Shown here: positions 48,070 to 58,183 of the stretch, piece by piece
Layout of the letters: every line of letters starts with the position of its first letter
Numbering within the stretch: position 1 is the first letter of the stretch
Virus record (IMG/VR): IMGVR_UViG_3300050821_003463
Location: 30,544 to 94,543 of that record
DNA: 64,000 nt
Strand: one strand, 5' to 3'
Source: a virus
Translations under genes and position numbers: made by a program
The notes under the pieces: model-generated
What the model was told of the DNA's origin: nothing
What the model saw: the letters and a program-made list of their open reading frames with translations, nothing else
The model's database searches: none

Positions 48070-48911
48070 AAAGGTAGGAGGAGCAAATGAAAAAATTATA
48101 CAGAGTGGTGAGAGCCGTAGAGCTGCGTTTGCTCCGCTGGTTCAATGTGTGGATGTAAGGAGAAGACAATGACACCTGAGACGGAACGGGAACGCCGCGC
48201 GAATCAGATCGTACGGTACGCTGACATCTACGGCATCGACAAACATTTCCACAAGATGGTGGACAACACGGTCTACCTCACCCACGAAGAGAAAGAGAAG
48301 TCCGCGCTTGAAGTGGACAGGGTGTACGGGTCCGCGCACGGGAAACTCGACGCTGCCTACTATGAACTGAAGAGGCAATATGGCGCGTAAGCAGAAACGG
48401 GTAGAGGATTCTCCCGAGCACTGGGAGAAGGTTCTTCGCGAAGCCGGTCTTTCGATGGAGCGCGGGCGATCTAAGCGCATCTCGTACGTTGGGGGTACGG
48501 CTATACTTGACAGCTTACACGGGGCTCAAATGGCTGGCACGAGGCTCAAGGGAGGGGACCTCGACATCTCCTACCACGAAAAAGGGAATTAGGCTGAGCG
48601 ATATATTTGACTTCTTTTCAACACTTTACAGACACTGAGGGGCGAAAAGAAGGAAAAGCGGTGCATATAGTAGAGGACATAGTAGGAACAAGCGATCTTT
48701 TGGCTCGACCGCGCCATACCGAGCATCGAACCGGGACGCACAGCGATCCCACTTACCGAGCAAGTCTCAGTTCAAAGCGGTCAAACTTCATACAAGAGAC
48801 GGGCGTGACCTCCTCCTCGACGTGCTCACGCACGGCGACACGCCCGAGTTCGACAAAGCCCCGCTCCGCAGCCATGCGTTGAGCGGGGTTTTACCTTTTC
48901 CTGGAGGACCT

Positions 48912-49649
48912 ATGAAACTCTTAGTTTGTATAATGACGTGCCACAAGCTGGACTACTTCATAGACGACCTCACCATCGACTGGTGCTCCCAGCAGGGTCT
49001 TCGATCCCTGGATCAGCAGGCGCGAGTCAACACGATTCGGGCGACATGGCTCACAGAGCTGCCCGAGGGATTTGACTACAAATTCTTCTACGGCACCAAA
49101 CTTCGCGACGCCAAGCAAAACCAGCGCGTCCCCAGTAAGGTCACCCTCCGCGATCCTCTTAGCGATGAGATTTTTCTTGACTGTGGCGACGGGTACACGT
49201 CGAATCCATACAAGATGAAAGAGATATGTCGCTGGGCGCTCGACCACGGATACGATTGTATCCTGCGTTGCGATGATGATACTTTCATCTATCCCGAAAG
49301 GCTCCTTGTCAACGACTCGTCCGAATGGACAGGCAAGGACTACGTAGGTGCGAGCGATAACAACTTCCACCCGGGCGGATGCGTATTCTTGTCGCGCCGT
49401 ATGATGGAGCTGGTGATATCTGAGCGCGTAACGACTTACGCTGATGATTTGTGGATGGGACAGATCGCAAAAGACTACCGCATCCCGATGACGACTCTTC
49501 GGACGATGCGGAACCAGTGGGGGACGGGCTATAAAGTGCCCGCTAGCATCAACCCTACCGGCATCTCCTCATTCCACTCCTGCACTCCGGATGTCATGAG
49601 GGTTCTCTATGCGCAGAGCGAAGTACGCAGCCGACGGATTGACAATTGA
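48912..49649 (+). CDS. Glycosyltransferase, GT31/Fringe-like
   Basis: IRATW, LRCDDDTFI, DYVG, GGCVFLSR, ADDLWMG; start MKLLV after GGAGG. Confidence 0.8.
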   Translation: MKLLVCIMTCHKLDYFIDDLTIDWCSQQGLRSLDQQARVNTIRATWLTELPEGFDYKFFYGTKLRDAKQNQRVPSKVTLRDPLSDEIFLDCGDGYTSNPYKMKEICRWALDHGYDCILRCDDDTFIYPERLLVNDSSEWTGKDYVGASDNNFHPGGCVFLSRRMMELVISERVTTYADDLWMGQIAKDYRIPMTTLRTMRNQWGTGYKVPASINPTGISSFHSCTPDVMRVLYAQSEVRSRRIDN

Positions 49650-50514
49650 TTGGTACGACACACAGCCTAGCGTTCCTGCGAATCGCGCGGACTGGTGGGC
49701 GACCAACCCAGATAAGAGCAACCCTTTTGGGTTTTCATACTGTATCGTCAACGCGCACAATCCTGCGCACATCGCAGCGATCACCACACAGCTCAGCGAG
49801 TTGACCACAGTGCCGTACGAGATTCTCACCTTCACAGATGAGAAGCAGACGATGCCTGAACTGTACCCCTATTGCAAATATAGCTGGACGCAGCGCATCA
49901 GTGATGACAGCCCGAATATCATAAAGGGCTACAACCCTAAAGTTTCAATAGTGCTGACTACTTTCAAACGACAGCACTGTTTACTTCGCACAATCGGATG
50001 GGTCCGAGCACAGAGTTACGAGAATTGGGAGTTACTCGTTATCAATAATGAGAAGAACGGTCCACCTCTTCCTCCGATGCCCGTCGATCCCCGCATTTCT
50101 GTTTATAATCCAACAGCCGAAGCGAACGGATGCTACTCGCGCAACGAAGGCGTTAAGTTAGCCACCGGCGATCTCGTCTGCAACTTTGATGATGATGATG
50201 AGATGCTCCCTGGATATCTCGCTAAGATGGTCGCCCCGTTTAGCGACCCCGACGTGCAAGTCGTTCGATGCGGCATGTTGCTCACGAAGGGTGCATGTGA
50301 TTTTAGCTACTCCACGCAAGAGGCGTGGCTCCGCAGACAGTACGCCACCCCGACGTGGTTGAAGGGTACCGCCATACACGATCAGATTTACTACCACAAC
50401 ATCATTGAGAAGAACCAGTGGACGCGAAAGAACATCGTCCAGCTAGGCGAGGTGCTAGTCAAAGCGTACTCCGAACCGATGGGCGGACGACGCTCACAAG
50501 GCGCGGAGGATTAA
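49609..50514 (+). CDS. Glycosyltransferase family 2
   Basis: VSIVLTTFKR, AQSYENWELLVIN, RNEGVKLATGDLVCNFDDDD. Confidence 0.88.
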   Translation: MRRAKYAADGLTIDWYDTQPSVPANRADWWATNPDKSNPFGFSYCIVNAHNPAHIAAITTQLSELTTVPYEILTFTDEKQTMPELYPYCKYSWTQRISDDSPNIIKGYNPKVSIVLTTFKRQHCLLRTIGWVRAQSYENWELLVINNEKNGPPLPPMPVDPRISVYNPTAEANGCYSRNEGVKLATGDLVCNFDDDDEMLPGYLAKMVAPFSDPDVQVVRCGMLLTKGACDFSYSTQEAWLRRQYATPTWLKGTAIHDQIYYHNIIEKNQWTRKNIVQLGEVLVKAYSEPMGGRRSQGAED

Positions 50515-51399
50515 ATGGTAATATACGTTCTCGGCGGGCACGGGATGTTGGGGCAAGCCTTTTGCTCTTACGCTCGACAGTACCATACCATTTACAGACC
50601 TACTCATAGCGAGCTAGACGCGACGGATTACACAGCGCTTCTCTCTAGCGTAAAGAATTTGACGCCTGACGTCATTGTGAACTTCATCGCAGTGTGCGAC
50701 ATGGAGAAATGCGAACTCGACCCTGCATCCGCAGTTCGAGTCAACGCCATTGTCTCCGCTAATGCTGCGCTTGTAGCATCAACGCTAAAAACTGAGTATA
50801 TGTTCATCAGTTCTGCATGCGTGTTCGACGGCGAGAAATATGCGTACGACACGCAAGACAAGACGAACCCCGTCTCGGTTTACGGAAAGACGAAGCTGAT
50901 GGGCGAAGAGATCGCCCGCACAATCGAACGTCACTACATAGTTCGGTCGGAGTGGTGCTTCGGTGGCGGACCAATTCATGATACGAAGTTTCTGGGCAAG
51001 CTTTACCGCCAGATCGCTTCCGGAAGTCGAGAGGTCAGAGCAGTTACAGACAAGTTCAGTTCACTTAGCTACATCGCAGACCTGAGCAAAGGCATTGAAA
51101 AAATTCTCCTGCACAAACTGCCAGGAACATTTCACATCACCTGTAAAGGTTCGGCGTCGCGGTATGAAGTCGCATGCGAATTTATTCGGCTGCTAGGCTT
51201 GCAAGACAAGGTGCAAGTGAAACCTGTGCTCTCATCGGCATTTAAGGATTCATATTTTGCGCCCCGTCCCACGAGCGAGCGGCTGATAAACACATACATA
51301 CCGGGATTTGAAGCGCGAGAGTGGAAAGAGTGTCTTGCAGAGTACAGTCAAGAATTCGTAAAGGACCTCGCCGCCCGCTGGCGTACACAGGAGTGCTAG
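50515..51399 (+). CDS. rmlD: dTDP-4-dehydrorhamnose reductase (SDR)
   Basis: GGHGMLG, ISSACVFDG, YGKTKLMGE, APRP. Confidence 0.88.
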   Translation: MVIYVLGGHGMLGQAFCSYARQYHTIYRPTHSELDATDYTALLSSVKNLTPDVIVNFIAVCDMEKCELDPASAVRVNAIVSANAALVASTLKTEYMFISSACVFDGEKYAYDTQDKTNPVSVYGKTKLMGEEIARTIERHYIVRSEWCFGGGPIHDTKFLGKLYRQIASGSREVRAVTDKFSSLSYIADLSKGIEKILLHKLPGTFHITCKGSASRYEVACEFIRLLGLQDKVQVKPVLSSAFKDSYFAPRPTSERLINTYIPGFEAREWKECLAEYSQEFVKDLAARWRTQEC

Positions 51400-52305
51400 A
51401 TGGACGCGACGAACGATCTCCTACTCGGTGTGTTCTCCAACTACTCCTTTGAGTGGTTAGAAGCTTACATGGTTAGCATCTCACGGTGCGGGTTCCGAGG
51501 ACGGAAGATTTTGATGGTATGGAATCTCGCGGCGGATGTTCGCGCTAAGCTTATCGAGTACGGGTTTGAGTTAGTCGACGTTCCTCCCGCAAATATGTCT
51601 GTCGAATTTTGCCACAACTTCTTCGAGTACCGAGATAAGTTGGCGTATGAATTTTTGCGCGACCGCTGGCAAGAGTTTCGATTTGTTTTCTGGATGGACA
51701 TACGCGACCTTGTATTTCAGACTGACCCATCCGTCTGGATGGAGAAAAACATCGGATCGTATAAGATCGTAGTTGCGTCAGAGTGCATCCGCATTAAAGA
51801 CGAAGCGTGCAACGACAATTGGGTCAAGGCAGTATTTGATCCAGAGACGTACGCTCGCGTTCGCGAGTTCGAAGTATTGAACGGCGGCACCTTCGCAGGA
51901 ACCGCAGAAGCAATGCGAGATGTGTTCGATAGAATCTACCATATCGCAAAAGGTAAAAACGTAATTGTAGAGCAAGCCGCACTCAACTTCGTGTTGAGGG
52001 AGCCCGAATTTCGCGACATCACTCTTGTCCCCAGAATGGCTCAGGGGTTTGCGGTGGTCGGATATGGATTCGGCAACCAGCTAGAGTGGGTGTGGACTGA
52101 CCAACAGCCTGACTTCAGAAGCGGAGTTCTCTACCCCAAAGGACAGACCGAACCGTTCTCTATTGTCCATCAGTATGACAGGCATCGCGACTGGAAGTGG
52201 GGCGTGATGGAACGGTATAGATCGAATCTGATACCGCCAGCACGACGTCCCAAACGCGGGTACGCAGCCGACGGATTGACCCTCGACTGGTTCGACACAC
52301 ATTAG
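51400..52305 (+). CDS. GT-A fold glycosyltransferase-like protein
   Basis: DIRDLVFQTDP, LNGGTFAG, EQAALN, IVHQYDR. Confidence 0.7.
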   Translation: MDATNDLLLGVFSNYSFEWLEAYMVSISRCGFRGRKILMVWNLAADVRAKLIEYGFELVDVPPANMSVEFCHNFFEYRDKLAYEFLRDRWQEFRFVFWMDIRDLVFQTDPSVWMEKNIGSYKIVVASECIRIKDEACNDNWVKAVFDPETYARVREFEVLNGGTFAGTAEAMRDVFDRIYHIAKGKNVIVEQAALNFVLREPEFRDITLVPRMAQGFAVVGYGFGNQLEWVWTDQQPDFRSGVLYPKGQTEPFSIVHQYDRHRDWKWGVMERYRSNLIPPARRPKRGYAADGLTLDWFDTH

Positions 52306-52319
52306 AAATAGGAGATATC

Positions 52320-52691
52320 ATGGCAGCAGTTATCGAAGCAAATGGCGGCGGAATCTCGGGTCAACAGCCCGCAGGAATCGTAGCTCAGTATCAGATCGAC
52401 GCTACGGCGGGAGTTTCTGAACTTTCGAACACCAGTATCAACCCAGGCGGCGGACCTTCTGGCGTCACACCGTATGACAGCGGTACCATTCTGGGCACCG
52501 TGCCTCCTGGTAAGCCGGGACTGAAGTTGGTCAACGGAACTATCCAGAGAGCCTCAGCGCTTGTGTGTGATGCAACTCCCGGCGTTGTGGGGAATGCTTT
52601 GGTATGCACTTCTGGCGTTGGGCTGGTTCCAACCCCGCCCGTGGGACAAGGTAAGAGCGCAGGTCTATCTGTACTCCCCTCAGCTAGCTAA
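52320..52691 (+). CDS. Gly-rich hypothetical protein
   Basis: AGGAG RBS. Confidence 0.55.
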   Translation: MAAVIEANGGGISGQQPAGIVAQYQIDATAGVSELSNTSINPGGGPSGVTPYDSGTILGTVPPGKPGLKLVNGTIQRASALVCDATPGVVGNALVCTSGVGLVPTPPVGQGKSAGLSVLPSAS

Positions 52692-52704
52692 ACTAGGAGG
52701 AATC

Positions 52705-52890
52705 ATGCACACTATCGTCGCTGCAGCACTCGCGTACCTCGTTGGGGTCTTCACCCCCGCCGTCTCGCGCAAAGTAAAATCCTTTTTCTCCGCCGAAGGC
52801 AAGAAAGCTGAAGTCGCCGTCACTGCGGATGTCAAGGCAGAAGTTTCCAAAGTGGAAGCAGACGCCAAGGCTGAATTGAAGAAACTGTAA
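52705..52890 (+). CDS. Small single-TM protein
   Basis: MHTIVAAALAYLVGVF after AGGAGG RBS. Confidence 0.55.
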   Translation: MHTIVAAALAYLVGVFTPAVSRKVKSFFSAEGKKAEVAVTADVKAEVSKVEADAKAELKKL

Positions 52891-53082
52891 TCGCAGAGGA
52901 CGCTCTGCTATGGGGGCGCGTGATACGGCTAACGCCAGCATCCGCGCCCCACGCGTACTTCGGAGGAGAGAAGTAGGGAACTGTGCAAGGCATCTATGAT
53001 GTTTTGTTCGATCCATACCACGCCACAGACTATTGTGACGAGGCATTAGCTCCAAACGAAATCCAAAATCGAGGAGGAGCAG

Positions 53083-53385
53083 ATGCCCAGGAAACGAAGA
53101 GACGAAGAAGTAATCATATCCTTTTGGAAACAATTCGCTCGCGACGCTAGCTGCCCGTGGGCGCTGCGAGTGTACTGTGTAAACAACCTAGCGCTGGCGA
53201 CGAATTTGTTGACAGAGACTTTGCCGATACCGGGCACCGCCCAGCGCAACAAGGCGATTGAGCCCTCCCCATTAGTTTCACAGCAAGCCCCTACCCCGAT
53301 AGAAGCGGCAGCGGCAAACGCAGTAGAAGACATGAAGCGGTTTATGAAACAGTTAGGTGGAACCCCAGAGTTACCGACAGACTAA
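53083..53385 (+). CDS. Hypothetical protein (possible terminase small subunit)
   Basis: Strong RBS; position upstream of terminase only. Confidence 0.35.
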   Translation: MPRKRRDEEVIISFWKQFARDASCPWALRVYCVNNLALATNLLTETLPIPGTAQRNKAIEPSPLVSQQAPTPIEAAAANAVEDMKRFMKQLGGTPELPTD

Positions 53386-53443
53386 TTACCTGTTGGCGGG
53401 GAGTGCTTAGCACACTCCCCAATTTCTATGCTAAGGAGAAATT

Positions 53444-53863
53444 GTGAGGAAAGCAAGAGCGCCAAAAACGCACTGTAATCACGGGCATGAGTTAACCCCC
53501 GACAATCTTATCATACAATCTCAGCGAGACGGTTTTCTGCGCAGGTGTAGAATCTGTCGCGACGGATATCGGAATAGCTGGAATAAAACTCACAAGAAAT
53601 ACAAACAAGAGTACGCTCGACAACATGCGTACGGAGTGAGCCCTGAAGTTTATGACGCCTTATGGAAAGAACAACAGGGGCTTTGTGGATTAGGCTGCGG
53701 TCGTCCTATTGACGCCACTGATCATAACCATAAGACTAAAAGGTTTCGCGGTCTGCTTTGCAGGCAATGTAATACGGGTTTGGGGATGCTGAACGAAGAC
53801 CCCGACTTGATGGTTCGTGCTGCCGAATACGTGAGGAGACACAATGGCGATCCCCAAACTTAA
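53444..53863 (+). CDS. Endonuclease VII-like homing endonuclease
   Basis: KTHCNHGH; YGVS...QQGLC...DHNH...RGLLCRQCNTGLG. Confidence 0.85.
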   Translation: MRKARAPKTHCNHGHELTPDNLIIQSQRDGFLRRCRICRDGYRNSWNKTHKKYKQEYARQHAYGVSPEVYDALWKEQQGLCGLGCGRPIDATDHNHKTKRFRGLLCRQCNTGLGMLNEDPDLMVRAAEYVRRHNGDPQT

Positions 53864-54485
53864 TTTCACAGTCACCGAAGCCCAGACGAGATCATTCGCT
53901 AATGCCTGGGACAGTGGTGGGATCAAAGTCATCCTCGATACAACCTCAGTGAAGTTCGCCACCGATTGGGCCAACATCGTGCTCAAGTCCTTCGTCGCAG
54001 ATATGGCGGCACAAGTAGCCAAGGTCGCAGAGGCGAAACTCGCGGCACAGAAGACAGCGGAAGGCGCGGGACCGAAAGTCGCTACCCCGGCGAACGCTGT
54101 CGCTACGCAGACCGTCCCTGCCCCGTCCGCTCCGTCGCGCATCGTTTTGACAGATTGATGAAGCGAGAACTTCGCAAGGCATTAGATAAGATTCAAGACA
54201 TGCTGGACGGCAAGTCTTACTCTGCCGATTTATGGGATATCTTAGTCGCGCTTCGCGGACCTGATTCGCGGAATCGCAAGATTAAGAACGCGACTACTGC
54301 CTTGATTCGCACCACAGCCTTCCCCAAGCAGCCTTGCCTTGAAAGATCAGTCTTCGCAATCGCGGACTCTCCTAAGTTGGCAAAGCGGCGTAGAAAGATG
54401 CTACGCAAAGAAAAAGACTTGAACCACTTTCGCGAACACATCGTTGACGCGTTCGCCGCGTTGGGCTTACTGCTGGAGGAGTCAA

Positions 54486-55007
54486 ATGGCACAGTACAAG
54501 CCCATAGTCGAAGAGATCATAGATAGGTTGTACGTGGGGGATAAAGAGGGAGCACCTATTGCGGAACGGCGAGGGTATTCAGTTCTCGCAGCTTGCAAAG
54601 ACGGCTCTCCTGATTGTCACCGCGCAGTGCTCGGGTACACTACGCTCGGCGCGCCGAAAGATGAGAATTACTACTTCTACCGGTCTGACGCAAAGCACAT
54701 GGCGCTGAACCTCATAGACTCTGAAGACCCTGCGATGATTCCGGATTCGGTAGTTGACGCGGGATTGCAGTTCATGAAAGAAAGATACGATGCGGGAGAT
54801 AAGGTATTCTCTCACTGCATCGCGGGTCACTCCCGTGGTCCGACCATGATGCTCATGTTTCTTCGAGCTATTGGCGAGATGCCAGATAGTTTTCTTGGCT
54901 CTGAGCGAAAGTACGGCGCACTCTACTCCGAATACGATCCCGGTAAAGGGATGAGGAAGTATGCCCGCGAACGTTGGGCTAGTCTGCCGAAGTTTTTCAA
55001 AGGATAA
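54486..55007 (+). CDS. Dual-specificity/PTP-like phosphatase
   Basis: LYVG; HCIAGHSRG = HCxxGxxR; start MAQYK. Confidence 0.85.
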   Translation: MAQYKPIVEEIIDRLYVGDKEGAPIAERRGYSVLAACKDGSPDCHRAVLGYTTLGAPKDENYYFYRSDAKHMALNLIDSEDPAMIPDSVVDAGLQFMKERYDAGDKVFSHCIAGHSRGPTMMLMFLRAIGEMPDSFLGSERKYGALYSEYDPGKGMRKYARERWASLPKFFKG

Positions 55008-55010
55008 ATC

Positions 55011-55724
55011 ATGCCGCAAAAGTCAAACCCAATCTCGGACCTAGTCAAGAACCTCTCCGATAAATATAAGGCTGGGGATAAAGAAACGACGGGCTTGGGC
55101 GACGAACTACACGCCCGCGCCCAGATGAACAAAACAGCCGAGAGCGCTCTCGATCAACCTGCGCCCGAGAAGGCTGCGACTCCATCTTCTAAGCCTACGA
55201 GCACTCTGCCGTACGGCTCCAAAAAAGGGGAGAAGCGTTTGGACACTTCCTACCTTGACAAGCCCTCCGCTGTCAAAGTTTATGACAAGGGCGGTAAGGT
55301 CAACGTCAACGATGGCAAGCACGAAGTTGCTATCCTGAAGCATGGCGAGCGAGTATTGACTCAGAAGCAGAACGAGAAGTACGAGAAGAGTAACCCCGCC
55401 GAGGACGCGACTGAAATGAAGATTTACGACCAGGGAGGCAAAGTGGCAACACCTTACGATATGATCACGGGCGGCAAGAAAGCCCCCAAGACGATTCAGA
55501 AACACGAATATTCGCGCACCCACAATGGCAAGCACGTCGTGACTCACAAACATCACGCTGCGGATCACAAAGACGAGACGCACATGTTTGATAAGTTCTC
55601 CGAAGCAGCGGATCACATGAACTCGAATCCGCCCCAACCAGAGCCGGAAGCCGCTACCGCTGCCCCCGCTGCTGGTGCTGGAGCCCCGCCCGCCGCTGGC
55701 GCAATGCCGCCCACAGGCATGTAA
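55011..55724 (+). CDS. Hypothetical virion-associated protein
   Basis: Two K[VI]YDxGGKV repeats; His-rich region. Confidence 0.55.
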   Translation: MPQKSNPISDLVKNLSDKYKAGDKETTGLGDELHARAQMNKTAESALDQPAPEKAATPSSKPTSTLPYGSKKGEKRLDTSYLDKPSAVKVYDKGGKVNVNDGKHEVAILKHGERVLTQKQNEKYEKSNPAEDATEMKIYDQGGKVATPYDMITGGKKAPKTIQKHEYSRTHNGKHVVTHKHHAADHKDETHMFDKFSEAADHMNSNPPQPEPEAATAAPAAGAGAPPAAGAMPPTGM

Positions 55725-55935
55725 GAGGTTACCTATGGCAGAAGCAAAACTGGGAAGTGGCGACCGTTTCAAGAAGCTGGAGAGTAGCCTTAGTGCTCGC
55801 ATGAAGCGTCACAGCCACGGCAACAAGGAAGTTCACGACCCTGCAGCTCTCGCTGCCTATATCGGTCGCAAGAAATACGGCTCCGCGAAGATGGCTAAGA
55901 TGTCTGCCGCTGGGCGAAAATAGTTCGGAGGAGTC

Positions 55936-57933
55936 GTGAAGTTAGATCAACTGCAAGCCCTGTGCGAGCACCACAAAGACGACAAAAACTATCAACACCG
56001 AGATTTGACTTGGGAGCAGATAGACGTACTCGCAGCGCAAAGTATCAAGCGGTTGAATGACGAGCACCTCCAGAAGTTGATCCAGGTCTGTAAGACATAC
56101 GGTCTTGAAGACGCGAAGATGATTGCGCGTTACCGATTCATGGCACAGACCAATCTGTACTTCCTCTGCAAATTGCTAGAGAAGTACAGCGACACGACTG
56201 CCCAAGAATACGTTTGGTCGGACGGGAACACCCACAACACGCATGAGGAGATTTGCAACGACTTTTTTGTCCGCAAAAATCCGACATACCTGACGTTCAA
56301 AGAATTCGCAGGACAGTACATCGACAAGAAAGAGCGTCTTCTGCTCGTGCCTCGCGGCGGGTTCAAATCCTCTATCGACATGGCGGACGTTGTTCAATGG
56401 GTCATCAATTATCCAGAGATCACGATCCTCGTGCTTACCGGCGTGCTCTCCCTGGCGAATGACTTCGTCGGTGAAATTAAAGGGCACTTCACGTTGGAAG
56501 ACGGCGGCACTCCGAACCTATTCGGCAAGAAGCCGCTTCGCCCCCGTCGGATGAACGACGGCACGATGAGTTTGTTCCAGGTCATATTCCCTGAGCACTG
56601 CATTCCGCCCGATGACGGGAAAAGTTACGAGTATCAGACCCCCGCAGTCAGCATGGTCGAAAAAGAAACGACCGTGTTCGCTGCGTCCATCGAGCAGAAC
56701 CTTGCTGGATGGCACGTCTGCATTCTGAAGCTGGATGACGTGGTCACGGAAGAAAACTCCCAGACCGTCGAGCGGATGAAGAACATCAACAAGAAGGTCA
56801 GTATCGACCGCGCTATTCTCCACCCCTTCGGTTTCTACGACAAGATCGGGACGTGGTACGACAGCGAGGATACGTACGGACAGGACATCAAGAACCGGGA
56901 TAAATACGCCGCTGAAGGCGAAGAGTTCCCGATGAAGGTTTACATCCGCGCCGCATGGTGGGCCAACGCAGCAGCGAAAGCCCAGGGGAAGATTGAAGAA
57001 GAAATGCTGGAGGGGGATTATGATCTCTGGTTCAACGAACCGGGAAATCCGCACTCTCTGACCTACGAAAAACTTCGCTATCTCCGCAAGACCGATCCGT
57101 GGTTCGCGATTAAGTACCTCAACGATCCGACCCAGATGCATGTTATCAAGTTCCCTCGGGAACTTCTGATACGACGCACCGTGAACGCAGCAGAGCTGCC
57201 TGGGACGGGAATGATTGTGACCTGTATCGACACAGCCTACTCTACGAAGAGTTGGGCGGACTTTACAGTCATCGTCACCGCTTTGATCTACGGCGGCAGG
57301 TTCTACATCATTGACATGAAACGCGGTAAGTTCAACGAATACGAGCTGCCCGCGATGATCGCAGCGACGGCGCTGCAGTGGCGACCGAAACGCATCTGTA
57401 TCGAAGACACGGGCAAGGCTGAGAAGTACGTCCAGCGCGAAGTTTACCGCGAGATGGACAAGCTGAAAATCCGCGTCCCGATTGAGATGGTTCCGCTCGG
57501 GCAAGGCAGTAAGGCGAACTCGAAGAAGGTCAAGGCAGGTCCGGTACTCCGTATGCTGGGAGACGACAGACTGCGGTTCATAAACACATGCCCCAGCCTG
57601 GAAGACATGTACGACGAGCTATCGAAGTTTGGCACAGCCGCAGGCACGCACGACGACATCGTTGACGCGCTGGCGATCCTGATCCAACAGTTCGGAGCCT
57701 ACGCCGACATCGAGGGTAAGACTACCTCGGCATCTTTTGGCTACACGTTGGACAACAAGATGAAGACCTTCGCGGACCTGATGCACTGTGACGGGAAGTA
57801 TTCGAAGCACAATGTCAACGTGCAGAACGCGATGTTAGAATTCCCCGACATGGCTCCTAGCCAGTTGGCGCAACAAGCTGCAGAGGAAGCGTACGCAGCC
57901 TCACAGGACCCTCTGGGTGACCTGTTTAGTTAA
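55936..57933 (+). CDS. terL: Terminase large subunit
   Basis: PRGGFKS, LDDVV, IGTWY, IDTAYS, DFTV, HDDIVDAL. Confidence 0.9.
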   Translation: MKLDQLQALCEHHKDDKNYQHRDLTWEQIDVLAAQSIKRLNDEHLQKLIQVCKTYGLEDAKMIARYRFMAQTNLYFLCKLLEKYSDTTAQEYVWSDGNTHNTHEEICNDFFVRKNPTYLTFKEFAGQYIDKKERLLLVPRGGFKSSIDMADVVQWVINYPEITILVLTGVLSLANDFVGEIKGHFTLEDGGTPNLFGKKPLRPRRMNDGTMSLFQVIFPEHCIPPDDGKSYEYQTPAVSMVEKETTVFAASIEQNLAGWHVCILKLDDVVTEENSQTVERMKNINKKVSIDRAILHPFGFYDKIGTWYDSEDTYGQDIKNRDKYAAEGEEFPMKVYIRAAWWANAAAKAQGKIEEEMLEGDYDLWFNEPGNPHSLTYEKLRYLRKTDPWFAIKYLNDPTQMHVIKFPRELLIRRTVNAAELPGTGMIVTCIDTAYSTKSWADFTVIVTALIYGGRFYIIDMKRGKFNEYELPAMIAATALQWRPKRICIEDTGKAEKYVQREVYREMDKLKIRVPIEMVPLGQGSKANSKKVKAGPVLRMLGDDRLRFINTCPSLEDMYDELSKFGTAAGTHDDIVDALAILIQQFGAYADIEGKTTSASFGYTLDNKMKTFADLMHCDGKYSKHNVNVQNAMLEFPDMAPSQLAQQAAEEAYAASQDPLGDLFS

Positions 57934-58183
57934 GGAGAAGTTATGGCTGGATCGATGAGTGGCTCAGCATTGAGCGGTCTGTCTCTGAAAAGAGCAGGTA
58001 GTAATTGGATCGAAGCGACGGGATGCCCCGGCAAGATCGCGGGCAAGGCAGGGTTCAACTCTGCCGGTACGAAGCGCGCAGGAAACCCTTATGTGCCAGC
58101 AACCGGCTGCATGGGCTATGATGGCAAATGCCCAACGATGGGCAAGAGCAGCAAGTAACTAGCATTACTGGGAAGGGGATAAC

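Noticed and set aside
2471-57933. Inteins in RecA, helicase, polymerase or terminase; stop-codon recoding
   Set aside because: Protein lengths are normal, no intein motifs seen, and all three stops end genes without fragmenting them
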